The position numbers and the translations under genes are program-made. A stretch of DNA of 64,000 nt from Minisyncoccota bacterium (GTDB taxonomy: Bacteria > Patescibacteriota > Minisyncoccia > Phycocordibacterales > PALSA-1337), in assembly GCA_036517115.1 (NCBI GenBank), contig DATDYB010000005.1, positions 18,970 to 82,969 of the forward strand. Reading direction: 5' to 3'. The notes under the pieces are model-generated. The model worked only from the letters and a program-made list of their open reading frames with translations, was not told where the DNA came from and searched no databases. This document shows, piece by piece, positions 28,150-39,208 of the stretch. Position 1 is the stretch's first letter, and every line of letters begins with the position of its first letter.

Positions 28150-29427
28150 TTATTTTTTATAATTTTTTACCAGTTCCTCAAACCATCCCAGCTTGATTTT
28201 CGTCGTTATATCGATGTCCACTTTCTCAGCAATGGCACGACTCTTTCGCGCCATCTCCTGACGCTCGGCAGGAGTCCTTTTAAAAATTTTAAGAATGGCT
28301 TCTGCCGCCTTTGGAATATCATTCATCGGCACACAGTAGCCGTTTTCTTCCCCTGGTACCGCTTTGTAGAGGGCACCAGTGTCATAGACAACGAGTGGTA
28401 ACCCCGAGGCCATAGCTTCAAGCAACGCGAGATCTAGACTGCACGAGCGCTGGGTGTTTGAAAGATTTGTGTAAAGGTCAATGGCTCGATGAAGACGAGC
28501 AAGATCCTTTTCCGAAATACTAGAGAAAAAGTAGCATCTGTCACTCACACCTTCTTCATCAGCGATAGCTTTCCATTTTTTCATACCACCGAGACTTCCG
28601 CAAATTACGATACCAACATCATGTCCTGCCTTGGCAAGAATAGCCACTGCCCTGATCAAATGATCATGACCTTTACGTAGTTCAAATGAACCGACGGCTC
28701 CCGTAAGAAAAGTTTTTTGAGGAAGCTTGAAGTGTTCGCGAAGCTTCTCCTTACTCTCTCCTGTATCTTTGCTATAAAACTGATAGTCACAGGTATCCCA
28801 GAACACTTTGAGTTTTTCTGAAGGAACGTAAGCTTTCATTTCCACGGCACAATTATCGAGGCCAATCAAAAGATCCAGCTTGTTCAGGTATGAGACCCAG
28901 TATTTTTTACGCTCATCTTCATTTAACCGTCTATTTTCGCCCATAGAAAGATCTCGTACCTCAGCATAAACGTCGGCAACGATGGGAATTTTACGGCGAT
29001 TGGCGATTTCTACAGCCATAAATGTCTTCACAAGTACTGCCTCAGCGAGCACAATATCAGGCTTCCACGTCTCGAATATATTATCAAGATACACGCCATA
29101 AGCAGAGTAGAGAAGCACTTCGCGAGTCAATCGTGCACCGGTCATGGTGTAGCTTCTGATCAGGCTCGTATAGAGTACCGGCTTCGATAGAAAATATTTA
29201 AAAAGGAACATGAGTTTAGCAATTTTCCCTGGACGTTTTGAATATTCAAAGAAATAATCACCTCCAGCCCGAAGATCATCAGCACCCTCCGGTTTGTAGG
29301 TAAATGTGATTGCTACCTCATTACCCCACTTTCGCCATGCTCTTGCAGTAAGAAGCATAAGCTTTGGTATGCCGGCATATGGTGGTGGCATACTGTTACC
29401 TGTTGTGCCTGTAATGAGAATTCTCAT
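28150..29427 (-). CDS. Glycosyltransferase family 4
   Basis: RKGHDHLIRA and LLEAMASGLP. Confidence 0.88.
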   Translation of the reverse strand: MRILITGTTGNSMPPPYAGIPKLMLLTARAWRKWGNEVAITFTYKPEGADDLRAGGDYFFEYSKRPGKIAKLMFLFKYFLSKPVLYTSLIRSYTMTGARLTREVLLYSAYGVYLDNIFETWKPDIVLAEAVLVKTFMAVEIANRRKIPIVADVYAEVRDLSMGENRRLNEDERKKYWVSYLNKLDLLIGLDNCAVEMKAYVPSEKLKVFWDTCDYQFYSKDTGESKEKLREHFKLPQKTFLTGAVGSFELRKGHDHLIRAVAILAKAGHDVGIVICGSLGGMKKWKAIADEEGVSDRCYFFSSISEKDLARLHRAIDLYTNLSNTQRSCSLDLALLEAMASGLPLVVYDTGALYKAVPGEENGYCVPMNDIPKAAEAILKIFKRTPAERQEMARKSRAIAEKVDIDITTKIKLGWFEELVKNYKK

Positions 29428-29429
29428 GA

Positions 29430-30557
29430 TTATTTTGAAGTTATTGCTTCAACAACCGCCGCAACCTGTTTCGAAACGTAGTCAAGCTCTTTCTTTGAAA
29501 TGTCAGGTCCACTAGGAAGATAGAGTCCATCTTTCGAAAAATCGTTAGCTACCGGACATGCATTCTTTTTCACCATCCGCCGGCGTATAAATATTTCCTG
29601 CTGGTTATACGGTATGAAATGTTCCCTGGTATCGACACCTCGTTTTTTCAGTTCCGCCATAAATTCCTTCCTCTTTCCCGACAATCTGCCGCGGAGCACG
29701 ATACTGAACATCCAGTATACATTAAAGGCGTAGGGCTCTTCAACGGGCAACTGGATCTCGGGAATATTCTTAAAAGCGCGAAGATAGTATTTCGCCATCG
29801 TTCGCTTTTTTTGTATCACTTCATTGACTTTGCCCATCTGCGCAACGCCGATGGCGGCGGTGACATTGGTCATGCGATAGTTGTAGCCGATGTCCTGATG
29901 CATGAAACGATTTTCTTTGCCGTAGGCGAAGGTTTTTAAGAGACGTGAGCGATCCGCCAACGCTTGATCATTGGTCGTAATCATGCCGCCCTCGCCGGAT
30001 GTAATGATTTTATTGCCGTAAAAGCTGAAACAACCGATGTCTCCGAGCGAACCGACTTTCTTTCCCTTATAGAGAGCTCCGTGAGCTTCTGCTGCGTCTT
30101 CGATGACGTAAAGATTGTGTTTTTTAGCGATAGCGAGCACCGGATCCATATCTACCGGATGTCCGTAGATATGGATGACGATGATGGCTTTGGTTTTCTT
30201 GGTAATCTTCGACTCGAGAAGTTTCGGATCGAGATTCCATGTCCGAGGTTCAGAGTCAATAGGAACGGGTTTCGCCCCCTGATAGATGACGGCAAGAAAT
30301 GTTGCCATGTTGGTAAACGTGCCCACCAGCACCTCATCCCCTTTGCCGATATTCAAGACAGCAAGGGCGAGGTGGAGGGCAGCAGTGCCGTTTGAAACCG
30401 CCACCGCGTGCTTTACACTGCAAAATTTCGCGAACGTTTCTTCAAATTTCTGGAGATACGAGCCTGAGAGTCCGGAAATCTCGCCGCGTTTCATGGCGTC
30501 GTTCACCAGCGCTGTTTCTTCTTTACCGAGCAGTGGTTTTGATACGGGGACGAACAT
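29430..30557 (-). CDS. DegT/DnrJ/EryC1/StrS aminotransferase (perosamine synthase-like)
   Basis: SNGTAALHLA, IEDAAEAHGA, FSFYGNKIITSGEGG and GYNYRM. ATG at 30557. Near gmd. Confidence 0.92.
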   Translation of the reverse strand: MFVPVSKPLLGKEETALVNDAMKRGEISGLSGSYLQKFEETFAKFCSVKHAVAVSNGTAALHLALAVLNIGKGDEVLVGTFTNMATFLAVIYQGAKPVPIDSEPRTWNLDPKLLESKITKKTKAIIVIHIYGHPVDMDPVLAIAKKHNLYVIEDAAEAHGALYKGKKVGSLGDIGCFSFYGNKIITSGEGGMITTNDQALADRSRLLKTFAYGKENRFMHQDIGYNYRMTNVTAAIGVAQMGKVNEVIQKKRTMAKYYLRAFKNIPEIQLPVEEPYAFNVYWMFSIVLRGRLSGKRKEFMAELKKRGVDTREHFIPYNQQEIFIRRRMVKKNACPVANDFSKDGLYLPSGPDISKKELDYVSKQVAAVVEAITSK

Positions 30558-30558
30558 A

Positions 30559-30933
30559 CTATAGGAGATTCTCGTCTGGCTTAAAGGTATCCTTATGACA
30601 ATCCATGCCCTTGCTGGGGCCGAAGTTGAATGACAATATTTCCGAATCCTCAAGTGCTAAAAAGGTGTGGACATCGTAAGGATGAATGTGCACTAAGTGA
30701 CCGGCCACCACGATTCTCTTCATTTTTTTACCTTTTTTTATATTTTTGCAATGATATTCGAAAGAGCCGGAAAGGATGTATTCGTACTGCATAGTTTCTT
30801 TATGGTAGTGATTACCGCGCACCGTGCCTTTTTTGCTTGAAATATGCGTGATACCAATATCGTCCACAATCAACAGATCGCGTATTTCTCCCCGATGATC
30901 GGAAAAATTGATTTTTGTTTTTTGCAGTTTCAT
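30559..30933 (-). CDS. Cupin-fold protein (sugar isomerase/epimerase-like)
   Basis: DHRG, RGNHYHK..EY and H..HTF cupin motifs. Confidence 0.8.
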   Translation of the reverse strand: MKLQKTKINFSDHRGEIRDLLIVDDIGITHISSKKGTVRGNHYHKETMQYEYILSGSFEYHCKNIKKGKKMKRIVVAGHLVHIHPYDVHTFLALEDSEILSFNFGPSKGMDCHKDTFKPDENLL

Positions 30934-30991
30934 GGCGAATTACAACGTATTTCTATCACATAACACTTCAAAATACAAACCGTAGCCAAAG

Positions 30992-31690
30992 ATGTTTCTT
31001 CACACTATAATGATGGGCATGAACCCTGCTACTATCCACCAAGCGCTTACCCAAAAGTATGGAAAATTTTTGGAGAAGCTTATGGAAAGACATGCCGACA
31101 TCGAGAAGGCCGGTAAGGGAAACAGAGGCCATGGTTTCGACCACGATCTTTTAGTAGCGCATTATGCTCTCGCTATTCAAGAACAAAGGGAGACGGCGGA
31201 AGCCTCGTGGATCGCCAGCCTTCTGCATAGCTTTGATCATTTTTATGGTGACGCGGCCGAAACTGAAATTATGGCCATGCTTGAAATCGCAACAACAGAT
31301 CTCACGGAGGACACACTCCAAGACATCGCCAGTGCTGTTATGCTACACAGTACTAAAAATGATGAAAACGACAGTATGATAAAAATAACCCTCCAGGATG
31401 CGGATCGTCTGGCCAATATCGGCGGCATCGTGATTATAAGATCAGGTCAATTCAGACCAACAATCCCCGCCTGCGAGATCGGTCGCATCGGGGTGAAAAA
31501 TCCGGAAAGCACGTATAAAAATCCTCGCTCCATTCTGGATGACTTGCGCAACTGTCTTTCATGGGAAAGTGATCCGAGATTTTTGATACGCCTACCCAAA
31601 GCGATAGAAATTGCGAAACCACAATTCGCCTATCTACGAGCGTTTCTCGCACACGTCGAATCACAATTCAGAGAAATCGGACTTTCTTAA
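30992..31690 (+). CDS. HD-domain-like hydrolase
   Basis: GHGFDH, LLHSFD, H and LQDADRL spacing typical of the HD superfamily. Opposite strand to the locus. The start could be 31010-31019. Confidence 0.7.
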   Translation: MFLHTIMMGMNPATIHQALTQKYGKFLEKLMERHADIEKAGKGNRGHGFDHDLLVAHYALAIQEQRETAEASWIASLLHSFDHFYGDAAETEIMAMLEIATTDLTEDTLQDIASAVMLHSTKNDENDSMIKITLQDADRLANIGGIVIIRSGQFRPTIPACEIGRIGVKNPESTYKNPRSILDDLRNCLSWESDPRFLIRLPKAIEIAKPQFAYLRAFLAHVESQFREIGLS

Positions 31691-32460
31691 TCTTTTCTTG
31701 TAAGAAAAAAACTTCTGAGTCCTCCAAGCGCCAGCTCTTCCTGCCCATAGAGACCTCTCCAGTATTGTTCGAAACGCTTTTTCGTCCTGACGTAGCCACT
31801 CCAACGCTTCTTCACTCCCTTAAAAAACCATTTTATTTCTCGCCATTTCCTGTTGTACACAGAGAGCACCGTAAGCATACCAGTAGGAATATAGAGCACC
31901 TTTTCCACCCCGGCGCCATGAAGCGTCTTGAAAATGGAGTGCCACTCACCGTCGCTCATACTGGCGTCAATGCGGTACATAAGGCAAAGTGCGTTGTGCC
32001 CCAGATATTTTTTATTTGCCGCCACCCAGTCGTCTTTCATAAGGTCGAAGAAAACGATCTCGTCACATTTCAAGAAAACCTTTTTTAGCGTCTCGACGGT
32101 TACCGTGGAATAGTCGGAGCAAACAATCTTGACCCCCGGCATCATTTTCTTCATCTGATATTCTAGAGCCGCGCCGCCGACCCCGAGTGAAAATACTCTT
32201 TCAATACCTTCGCGTTTCAATAACTCCGTTACTCCCCTCGCTCTTTCTATAAGTCCCCCATCTTGCCCGTCTTTTTTCACTAAAAGCTCGCTTGCCGAAA
32301 GCCACTCTTCTCGGTTGGGTGAAATAGAAAAATGTGGATGATTGAGACGTAGGGCGTCCCATGATTGCGGAGAATCAAGCGCCTTGTCGCCGAAAACCTG
32401 GTAGTGCTTCATCGAAAACGGAAACGGTATGGAATTGATGTACTTGAGAAACTTTTTCAC
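31687..32460 (-). CDS. Methyltransferase-like protein
   Basis: VFSLGVGGAALE...CSDYS resembles SAM motifs I/II. Operon context. Confidence 0.55.
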   Translation of the reverse strand: MKKFLKYINSIPFPFSMKHYQVFGDKALDSPQSWDALRLNHPHFSISPNREEWLSASELLVKKDGQDGGLIERARGVTELLKREGIERVFSLGVGGAALEYQMKKMMPGVKIVCSDYSTVTVETLKKVFLKCDEIVFFDLMKDDWVAANKKYLGHNALCLMYRIDASMSDGEWHSIFKTLHGAGVEKVLYIPTGMLTVLSVYNRKWREIKWFFKGVKKRWSGYVRTKKRFEQYWRGLYGQEELALGGLRSFFLTRKD

Positions 32461-34169
32461 GGCGTTTTGTTATCAGCAAAAAAACTTCGATCGCCATTCT
32501 TACAGTTAAATATGTAGCCCTTCACTCTTCCGTCCTCTGCGGAATAAGTCGTCTTGCATGTCTCCAAATATTTCCAGATCACGGATTGTTTGTCGATCTC
32601 GGGAAAATCCACGACAGCATAATATCCGCTGTAGCTTGCGAGCCTTGAGCGCGTCGATTTGGCGAACATGGGGTCGGTGTAAAAGCGGCGCAAGTATTTC
32701 TTCGACTCGCCAAGCTCGTAGCCGCCGATATCGTAGTAGGTGATGACTTCTTTAATATTTTCATTTCGCACCGCCTCGCCGATTACTGCACTCGCCACCC
32801 TCGGCACACTGCCATACAAAGAGCCTGAAAGAAATTCGGAAGAAAGGACGATATTGTAGGCGAATCCAAGGGCGATCAAAAGCGTCAGGAGTTGATGCTT
32901 GAATGTCGGATTTCGAAGCGTTCGAAAAGCAACGATAGCGACAAGCGCAATGCTCGAAGCGAAAAGAACAAGCGGCACCGAGACGTAAAAACCAGCCGGC
33001 CCCGACCCGCCCGTCACGGGAATCAGAAAATCAACATTAAAATCTTTTATTCTCGAAAGATACTCGCTCTTGGGGTTCAAGGGTAAAATGTCGTGGGGCT
33101 TTAAGGAAACGAGGTATGAGAAGCCGAGCGTAAGAGCCGAAAATATCGAGGCGGAGAGGGCCAGGCTTTTGCGGGAAAGAGAGGAAGTGAATCCGGCGAT
33201 GAGGGAACCGGCGATGAGCGCCGAAGGAATAATGAGAAACATGAGATAGCGCTCGATGGTTCGGTTGGTAAAATCGAAGATAACAAAGTAGAACAGGAAA
33301 TTATAGAGAAGAAAGATAATCCAGAGGCGATAGCGGCGGAGATGCTCCCTCTTGGTGAATACAAGGAAATACCAGACCAAGAGCAACGGTGACGCGAGCA
33401 CAGCGGCCTTCACCGAAAGAAAAAGTACCTGGCCGTAGTTTCGTTCAGTGAAATTAAGGGTGCTGAAATGGCTGACGTACCGCACGAAATCCGCGCTGTC
33501 GGCGATGTGAAATATTTTGATGATAGCAAAGGCCGCACACGCCGAAAAAAAGAACAAAAAAATGATGAGACCAGCCGCTCGGGAGAGCGTTTTTCTGCTT
33601 GGTCTATGTTCAATCACATATTCCGTGAGCAAGGCCGCGATCCAGATCACAAAACTTAACTTGATGAGCAATCCCAGAGCGAGAGCAATCGCAACAAGAG
33701 CAAACCACCGGTAGTTGTGCCTTCCCCGCACATTGCCGAAATCAATCCGATAATAGGAGTAAACGAGCAATAATCCGGCAAACGGTAGGAGTGCGCCGTC
33801 GATATCAACCTGCGTACTGGCAATCACATTATACGCGCTTACCGTCAGAATGAGCGCCGTCCACAGCGCGGCACGGCGACCATAAAGCCGTTTCGCCACA
33901 AGTGACGAGAGGATGAGCACGAGCAGTCCGAAGAATATCGGCACCAGCCGCAGGTTTTCAAAACCCGCGATCTCCCCCGCCGCGCGATAGATAACGGAGA
34001 CGAGTGGCGGATGGTTGCTTTTAAGATCGAGGCCGAAGGCGGGATTGACGATGGTCGCCCATTTGTATTCGTCCTGATGGTAAATCTGACCAAGCGCGAA
34101 AAGCCTCGATACCACGAATATGAGGGCGATGAGCACGAAAACCCAATTTTTTTTCACGAAGGTAGTCAT
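32457..34169 (-). CDS. ArnT/PMT-like (GT-C) membrane glycosyltransferase
   Basis: HQDE acidic loop motif, HPPL, IK motif, ERYL and many TM helices. Confidence 0.78.
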   Translation of the reverse strand: MTTFVKKNWVFVLIALIFVVSRLFALGQIYHQDEYKWATIVNPAFGLDLKSNHPPLVSVIYRAAGEIAGFENLRLVPIFFGLLVLILSSLVAKRLYGRRAALWTALILTVSAYNVIASTQVDIDGALLPFAGLLLVYSYYRIDFGNVRGRHNYRWFALVAIALALGLLIKLSFVIWIAALLTEYVIEHRPSRKTLSRAAGLIIFLFFFSACAAFAIIKIFHIADSADFVRYVSHFSTLNFTERNYGQVLFLSVKAAVLASPLLLVWYFLVFTKREHLRRYRLWIIFLLYNFLFYFVIFDFTNRTIERYLMFLIIPSALIAGSLIAGFTSSLSRKSLALSASIFSALTLGFSYLVSLKPHDILPLNPKSEYLSRIKDFNVDFLIPVTGGSGPAGFYVSVPLVLFASSIALVAIVAFRTLRNPTFKHQLLTLLIALGFAYNIVLSSEFLSGSLYGSVPRVASAVIGEAVRNENIKEVITYYDIGGYELGESKKYLRRFYTDPMFAKSTRSRLASYSGYYAVVDFPEIDKQSVIWKYLETCKTTYSAEDGRVKGYIFNCKNGDRSFFADNKTP

Positions 34170-34897
34170 TTCTTTTTGAGAATTATGAGCAATGATACAC
34201 CGAAGGGAAAATTAAACAAACGGAGGGCGTATCGTTCCAGTCCGAAAATAAATTTAAGGACGGCATTTGTAAAGGCGTTGTTGAGATCGAAGTCCGAACT
34301 TCGATTGATTTTCGTACAACGTTCCAAAAAGCGGATCGCTACGATAGGAATAAAAAGCAGAGTATTGAAATACGTACTTCGCACCACTTCAAATCCGCTC
34401 CCCGAAATCGCCTCGGCGAAACTTTTCTTGGTATAGCGCCTCTCGTGTTGTGCCACTTCGTCCTGCAAGCTCCAGAGAAACATGTATGCCGGCACCATGA
34501 TGAATGAATATCCACCACTTTTAGTAACGCGAGACATCTCCCCCAATACCGCCCTGTCGTCCTTGATATGCTCCACTACATCAAGCGCCATAGTAAGGTC
34601 AAAACGAGCGTCGGTAAACGGAAGTCTTTCCGCTTTCGACGCGCTAAGATTCTTTATTCCCCGCTCACTGCCGTAACGGATGGCTTCTTCTGAAATGTCC
34701 GTGCCGGAGGTATTTATAAATCCTTGTTTTTGAAGTTCGCCGACGAAAAATCCCCAGTTAGAGCCTACGTCTAAAATCCCTGCATTCTTTCCGATATCAT
34801 ATTTTTTGAGTATGTCTTCGACAATCAAACGACGCACCACGAACCACCAATGCGTCGCCTCAATGTTCCTGTAGGTGTCATAGAGTTCGGCTTTCAT
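34166..34897 (-). CDS. Class I SAM-dependent methyltransferase
   Basis: HWWF, ILDVGS, DVVEHI, VPAY and HERRY. Confidence 0.9.
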   Translation of the reverse strand: MKAELYDTYRNIEATHWWFVVRRLIVEDILKKYDIGKNAGILDVGSNWGFFVGELQKQGFINTSGTDISEEAIRYGSERGIKNLSASKAERLPFTDARFDLTMALDVVEHIKDDRAVLGEMSRVTKSGGYSFIMVPAYMFLWSLQDEVAQHERRYTKKSFAEAISGSGFEVVRSTYFNTLLFIPIVAIRFLERCTKINRSSDFDLNNAFTNAVLKFIFGLERYALRLFNFPFGVSLLIILKKK

Positions 34898-35667
34898 GCT
34901 TTTTTACCGCGGACGATCCAGCCGTTTTTGTTAGGGGGCACCGTAACGGTGACACCTTCAAATTCGGAAAGCAAGTTTCGCGCTTCGGCTTCCGTATAGT
35001 AGTTAGCCACGTCGGGAAGGAGCTGGTCGAAGATAATGCTGTGAACGTGTGAAAATGAAAATTGACTAAGCTCTCTGAAATATGCTTTTTTCGGGCGGAA
35101 TATTTTAAGAAAAATATAATAAAAAGGAATACTAACGCAATAGGTAAGAGCATGAAGTAAGGGTAGTGGTAGCTTGCTGGTAAAGTATCTACGAACCGGA
35201 TTTAGAATCCTAAGGATACCCTCGAAGCCCGCACTGCCATAAACCCACAAGAGCACTTCTCCTCCAGGCCGAAGTGCTTTTTTTATTTCAGTAAGCGCCC
35301 TTTTGGGATCCTTGAGGTGATGGATGACGCCGATCGAGAATGCGAAATCAAATTCATCTCGCCATGGAAGATCATAAATATCTCTAATCTCCGTTTTCGC
35401 ATGAGCGAATTCTTTTAGGTTTTCCTTTGCCCGCGTCACGCTCCGTTCGTCTTTATCGAAGGCTGTGAGTGAGGAAGCCCTCCACAAAAGAGGCCAGTAG
35501 GCGTTCCTGCCCATGCCACAGCCAGCATCGAGAACTTTCTTACCTTTATAGAATTCTTCGCGGAGTGGAAACGTCCAGTTCAAAAACTGGTCGCGATAAT
35601 TTTTCTTATACTCCGAAAGAGAGGAATATTTGTCCCATTCGTATCCGAATCGTTCGCTTGATGACAT
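34894..35667 (-). CDS. Class I SAM-dependent methyltransferase
   Basis: VLDAGCGMGR, GVIHH and LRPGG. Confidence 0.9.
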   Translation of the reverse strand: MSSSERFGYEWDKYSSLSEYKKNYRDQFLNWTFPLREEFYKGKKVLDAGCGMGRNAYWPLLWRASSLTAFDKDERSVTRAKENLKEFAHAKTEIRDIYDLPWRDEFDFAFSIGVIHHLKDPKRALTEIKKALRPGGEVLLWVYGSAGFEGILRILNPVRRYFTSKLPLPLLHALTYCVSIPFYYIFLKIFRPKKAYFRELSQFSFSHVHSIIFDQLLPDVANYYTEAEARNLLSEFEGVTVTVPPNKNGWIVRGKKA

Positions 35668-35685
35668 AGGCTGTATTGTAACAAA

Positions 35686-37545
35686 TTACTTCAAAAAATT
35701 CTCCCGCCATAATTCAAAGACCATAAGGTTCCAGAGTTTTTTACGATTATCGCGCGCTCCGTCCATGTGTTCGCATTTCAATCTCTCTACGAATTCATAC
35801 TCGAAAATGCCCGCTTTTTTTATTCTGTCCTTTGACAACAACTCCTCGCACAATGATCGAAGAGGACCGCGAAGCCACGTTCCCAATGGAATACCGAAAC
35901 CTTTCTTTTTCCTCCACACAATATCATGCGGCAAATATCGCTCCATCAGTTTTTTCAATATATATTTTGTCTTGAGACCTTTTATTTTGTAGTGGTAAGG
36001 CAATGTGTTTACGAATTCCACCACATCTTTGTCCAGAAACGGAGCCCGCACTTCCAAACCAGAAAGCATGCTCGCACGATCGACTTTCGCCAACACTCCA
36101 TCCATCATGTACGTTCGTTGATACAAGAAAAGATTCTTATTCCGGTCGTCGGAAAAATTACTCTTGCTGTAACGCGCAATGTCATCAAAAGTTTTAACTT
36201 CCGGGGGCTCTCGTAACACCAAGAGGTCTTTCTTTTCTTCATCACTAAATGTCTGGAGCCACGCTTGGTGCCGATAGAAGATGTTTTTTTCACGCACCCC
36301 GTCCATGAACTTTTTGAGTTTAAAATCGACGCTGAAATTTGCATGAGACACCGGAAGGCGTCCCACAGCGTAAGCAAGGATGTGAGCGAAGGTGTCTCCA
36401 AAATGAGAGAGAAGACCCCAAAGCTTTTCTGCCTGAAACGTCGGATAGCCGGCGAACAGCTCATCGCCGCCGTCGCCTCCTAAAGCTACCGTGACTTCCC
36501 TCTTGGTCTCCCGCGAAAGCACATAGGTAGGAACGATCGAAGCGTCGGCGAGCGGCTCGTCGAGCCTCGGAAATATTTCGGGTATGGCGGCAAGAAGATC
36601 ACTGGGCGTGACGCGGTAGACATGGTGATCGGTGCCAAGCGAGCGAGCGACTACTTCCGCGTAACGAGATTCATCAAAACTTGCATCGTCGAAGCCGATG
36701 GAGAATGTTGTAAGCGGCACGGACGACCGGCGCGCGGCATAGTAGGCGACGGTGGAGCTGTCAAGCCCGCCGGAGAGGAAAATGCCGAGCGGCACGTCGG
36801 ACATAAGCCGGCGCTCTGTGGCATTCGAGATCAAGGTGTCGAGCTTCTCCATTGCATCGCCAAAGGGAATATCCATCTCCTTACACTCAGGCTTCCAAAA
36901 CGTTTCCTGACGGACGATGCCATTTTTGTAGGCGAGATAGGTGCCCGCTTCGAGCTTGTACACCCCTTTAAAGATCGAATGCGGCGTCGGAACAAAATCA
37001 TAGCTTAGATATTTATACAGAGCCTCCTCATTGAGCGCACGCGTAAACAAAGAGTGTGCCGAAAACGCCTTGGCTTCCGACGCGAAAAGAAGTGTGCCGC
37101 CGAATATCCCCCAGTAGAGAGGCTTCTTGCCCATCGGATCCCGCGCAATAAAAAGCTCTTTTTTCTTAAAGTCATAGAGCGCAATGGCGAACATGCCGGA
37201 AAGTTTATCGAAGCACCGCTCGCCATATTTTTCATACAACCGAAGAATGACTTCAGTATCGGTCCCGCTTTGCCACTGAGAGGCCTTGCCTCTCAGTTCG
37301 TCTTTTAGCTCTTTAAAGTTGTATATTTCACCATTAAATACGATAGCGAGACTCTTATCTTCCATGAACATCGGCTGGGCTCCCTTGTCGCTCGTATCGA
37401 TAATGGAAAGCCTAGCGTGACCCAGGCCGATGCCTTCGTGGTGAAAAGCGCCTTGCTGGTCAGGGCCACGGTGTTTGATCTTCTCGACCATGCCTTCGAG
37501 CTCCCGTCTGTTCCCATATCCCATAAATCCAGTGATGCCACACAT
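35686..37545 (-). CDS. asnB: Asparagine synthase (glutamine-hydrolysing) family amidotransferase
   Basis: MCGITG, HRGPD, RLSIID, FNGEIYN, LSGGLDSS and GDGGDELFAGY. Probably a glycan amidotransferase given the context. Confidence 0.92.
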   Translation of the reverse strand: MCGITGFMGYGNRRELEGMVEKIKHRGPDQQGAFHHEGIGLGHARLSIIDTSDKGAQPMFMEDKSLAIVFNGEIYNFKELKDELRGKASQWQSGTDTEVILRLYEKYGERCFDKLSGMFAIALYDFKKKELFIARDPMGKKPLYWGIFGGTLLFASEAKAFSAHSLFTRALNEEALYKYLSYDFVPTPHSIFKGVYKLEAGTYLAYKNGIVRQETFWKPECKEMDIPFGDAMEKLDTLISNATERRLMSDVPLGIFLSGGLDSSTVAYYAARRSSVPLTTFSIGFDDASFDESRYAEVVARSLGTDHHVYRVTPSDLLAAIPEIFPRLDEPLADASIVPTYVLSRETKREVTVALGGDGGDELFAGYPTFQAEKLWGLLSHFGDTFAHILAYAVGRLPVSHANFSVDFKLKKFMDGVREKNIFYRHQAWLQTFSDEEKKDLLVLREPPEVKTFDDIARYSKSNFSDDRNKNLFLYQRTYMMDGVLAKVDRASMLSGLEVRAPFLDKDVVEFVNTLPYHYKIKGLKTKYILKKLMERYLPHDIVWRKKKGFGIPLGTWLRGPLRSLCEELLSKDRIKKAGIFEYEFVERLKCEHMDGARDNRKKLWNLMVFELWRENFLK

Positions 37546-37546
37546 A

Positions 37547-39205
37547 TTAGAATGAATAAATTTCTACATACGGACCGGTCATGCGAATATTCAAAAGTGT
37601 TTGGAAGGGCGAATGCATGTTGTTGGCGATGTCGGTCAAGGAACGTACCTTTTCTGTCGGATACAACGAACGGATAAGCTTGGCAGATACAGGCAGTTTC
37701 ATTTTCAACGCTTGCGCTTCTTCCTCGTTCCAGAAAGAGATGACGGCGTATTTGAATGAAAGGCTCTTGTCCGCGATAGCGCCGAGCTTGCCGTCAATGC
37801 GCGCGAAATATCGTGGCTTCCCGAGAAGCTCCTCTGGCAAAGAAACAATAGCCCTTCGTTCGGTCGTGTCCGCGATTACGCTTTTCTCAGCTGCATACGC
37901 CGCGGCTTTTTTATTCTCCGGAATATCAATATAAAAATTATTGGTAATAAGAGAGGTATCGGCGGGAAGCGTATTCATCACTAAGCTCCGCGCCGATAAA
38001 AGCGTGTTCGGTAGGATGATGGCCCTTGTCCACGCAAGCGGTAAAAGAAGTATGAACAAAACAAGTGTCGAATAGAGGGTGCGCCGAATATACTGGTTCT
38101 GTACCATATCAAAAACAGCGACGATGAAAAACGCCGTGGGAATGACGAGAAACGGCATGGTCGAAACGATGAAGCGTGGTTCCGAATGAACGGCATAGGC
38201 GATGCTTAGGATGTGAACGGCAATATACGCGAACAATCCCAGGGCAATTTCCTTTTTTCTTTTGTACAAATACACAAACGCCGGAATAGAGAGAACGGCC
38301 AAAAGCGTATCGTAGGTGGAAAATATCCAGGCGTAATATTTCAGATTATATAAAAACCCTTCGACTGCTCCCGCCGCTCGTTCGACCGATGGTTGGGTGA
38401 GATAGACGAGCACCCCGGCCGGATGGAGAATGTAGTACACAAGGAGGACGAGGACGAGCGAGACTGTTGTCGCCGTGAAATACTGAAGATGCCTTTTCAA
38501 TTGACCGTGTTCCTTAAAGCGGCGGATCTTTGAAAGAAAGAATACAACAAAGACGGCGTACACGAAGCCGCCGACCAAATGAACACCGTAGGTCAAAAAG
38601 GAAGTGAGGGCAACCCACGCGTAGTCTCGCCGTTTCGGATCCTCTTTTTCATTCCATGAGAGATACGCCATGAGGGCGATGAGGAGCAGGGCAATCTGAA
38701 GCGACCACGCACGGCCAAAATGCGTCACCTGAAAAAACATCAAGTTGAACGACAAGAGAAATGACGCGAGAAGCGCGGCCTTCTCACTCCCCCCTATTTT
38801 CTTCATAACACGGTAGATAAGGAAGCCTGCGAGTGTCGCGAAAAGCGCCGCAATGAGACGAGCGAATGGAAGCAATATGCCGTAGTCGAGCATGACGAAA
38901 TTTTTAAGGGATTCGATGTCGGGGAATATGCCGCTTCCCAAAAGAAACAGGACGAGAATGAGATAAAAAGGAATCTGAAGATAGACCGTCATCGGCAAAT
39001 GATAGAAGGAAGCGTAGTCCGGCCGGAGGGTATGGTCATCGAACATCTTAAAGATTGTGCTCATGATCGTCACCTCGTCGCCCACGTTATTCTTCATGGG
39101 AATGCCGTAAAAAAGTCCGGGAACATGCAGTAAAAAAGCAGCGATGAGAATAATCGCGAGCACCCACTGTGGAGAAGAAAGTTTTAACGCTTGTATGCGG
39201 AACAT
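37547..39205 (-). CDS. ArnT/PMT-like (GT-C) membrane glycosyltransferase
   Basis: GDE acidic loop, ARL motif, EPRF and many TM helices. Confidence 0.75.
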   Translation of the reverse strand: MFRIQALKLSSPQWVLAIILIAAFLLHVPGLFYGIPMKNNVGDEVTIMSTIFKMFDDHTLRPDYASFYHLPMTVYLQIPFYLILVLFLLGSGIFPDIESLKNFVMLDYGILLPFARLIAALFATLAGFLIYRVMKKIGGSEKAALLASFLLSFNLMFFQVTHFGRAWSLQIALLLIALMAYLSWNEKEDPKRRDYAWVALTSFLTYGVHLVGGFVYAVFVVFFLSKIRRFKEHGQLKRHLQYFTATTVSLVLVLLVYYILHPAGVLVYLTQPSVERAAGAVEGFLYNLKYYAWIFSTYDTLLAVLSIPAFVYLYKRKKEIALGLFAYIAVHILSIAYAVHSEPRFIVSTMPFLVIPTAFFIVAVFDMVQNQYIRRTLYSTLVLFILLLPLAWTRAIILPNTLLSARSLVMNTLPADTSLITNNFYIDIPENKKAAAYAAEKSVIADTTERRAIVSLPEELLGKPRYFARIDGKLGAIADKSLSFKYAVISFWNEEEAQALKMKLPVSAKLIRSLYPTEKVRSLTDIANNMHSPFQTLLNIRMTGPYVEIYSF

Positions 39206-39208
39206 ACT

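Noticed and set aside
35686-37545. AsnB as a lasso-peptide cyclase
   Set aside because: It has an intact N-terminal Cys glutaminase domain and glycan-locus context, with no lasso B protein or precursor seen.
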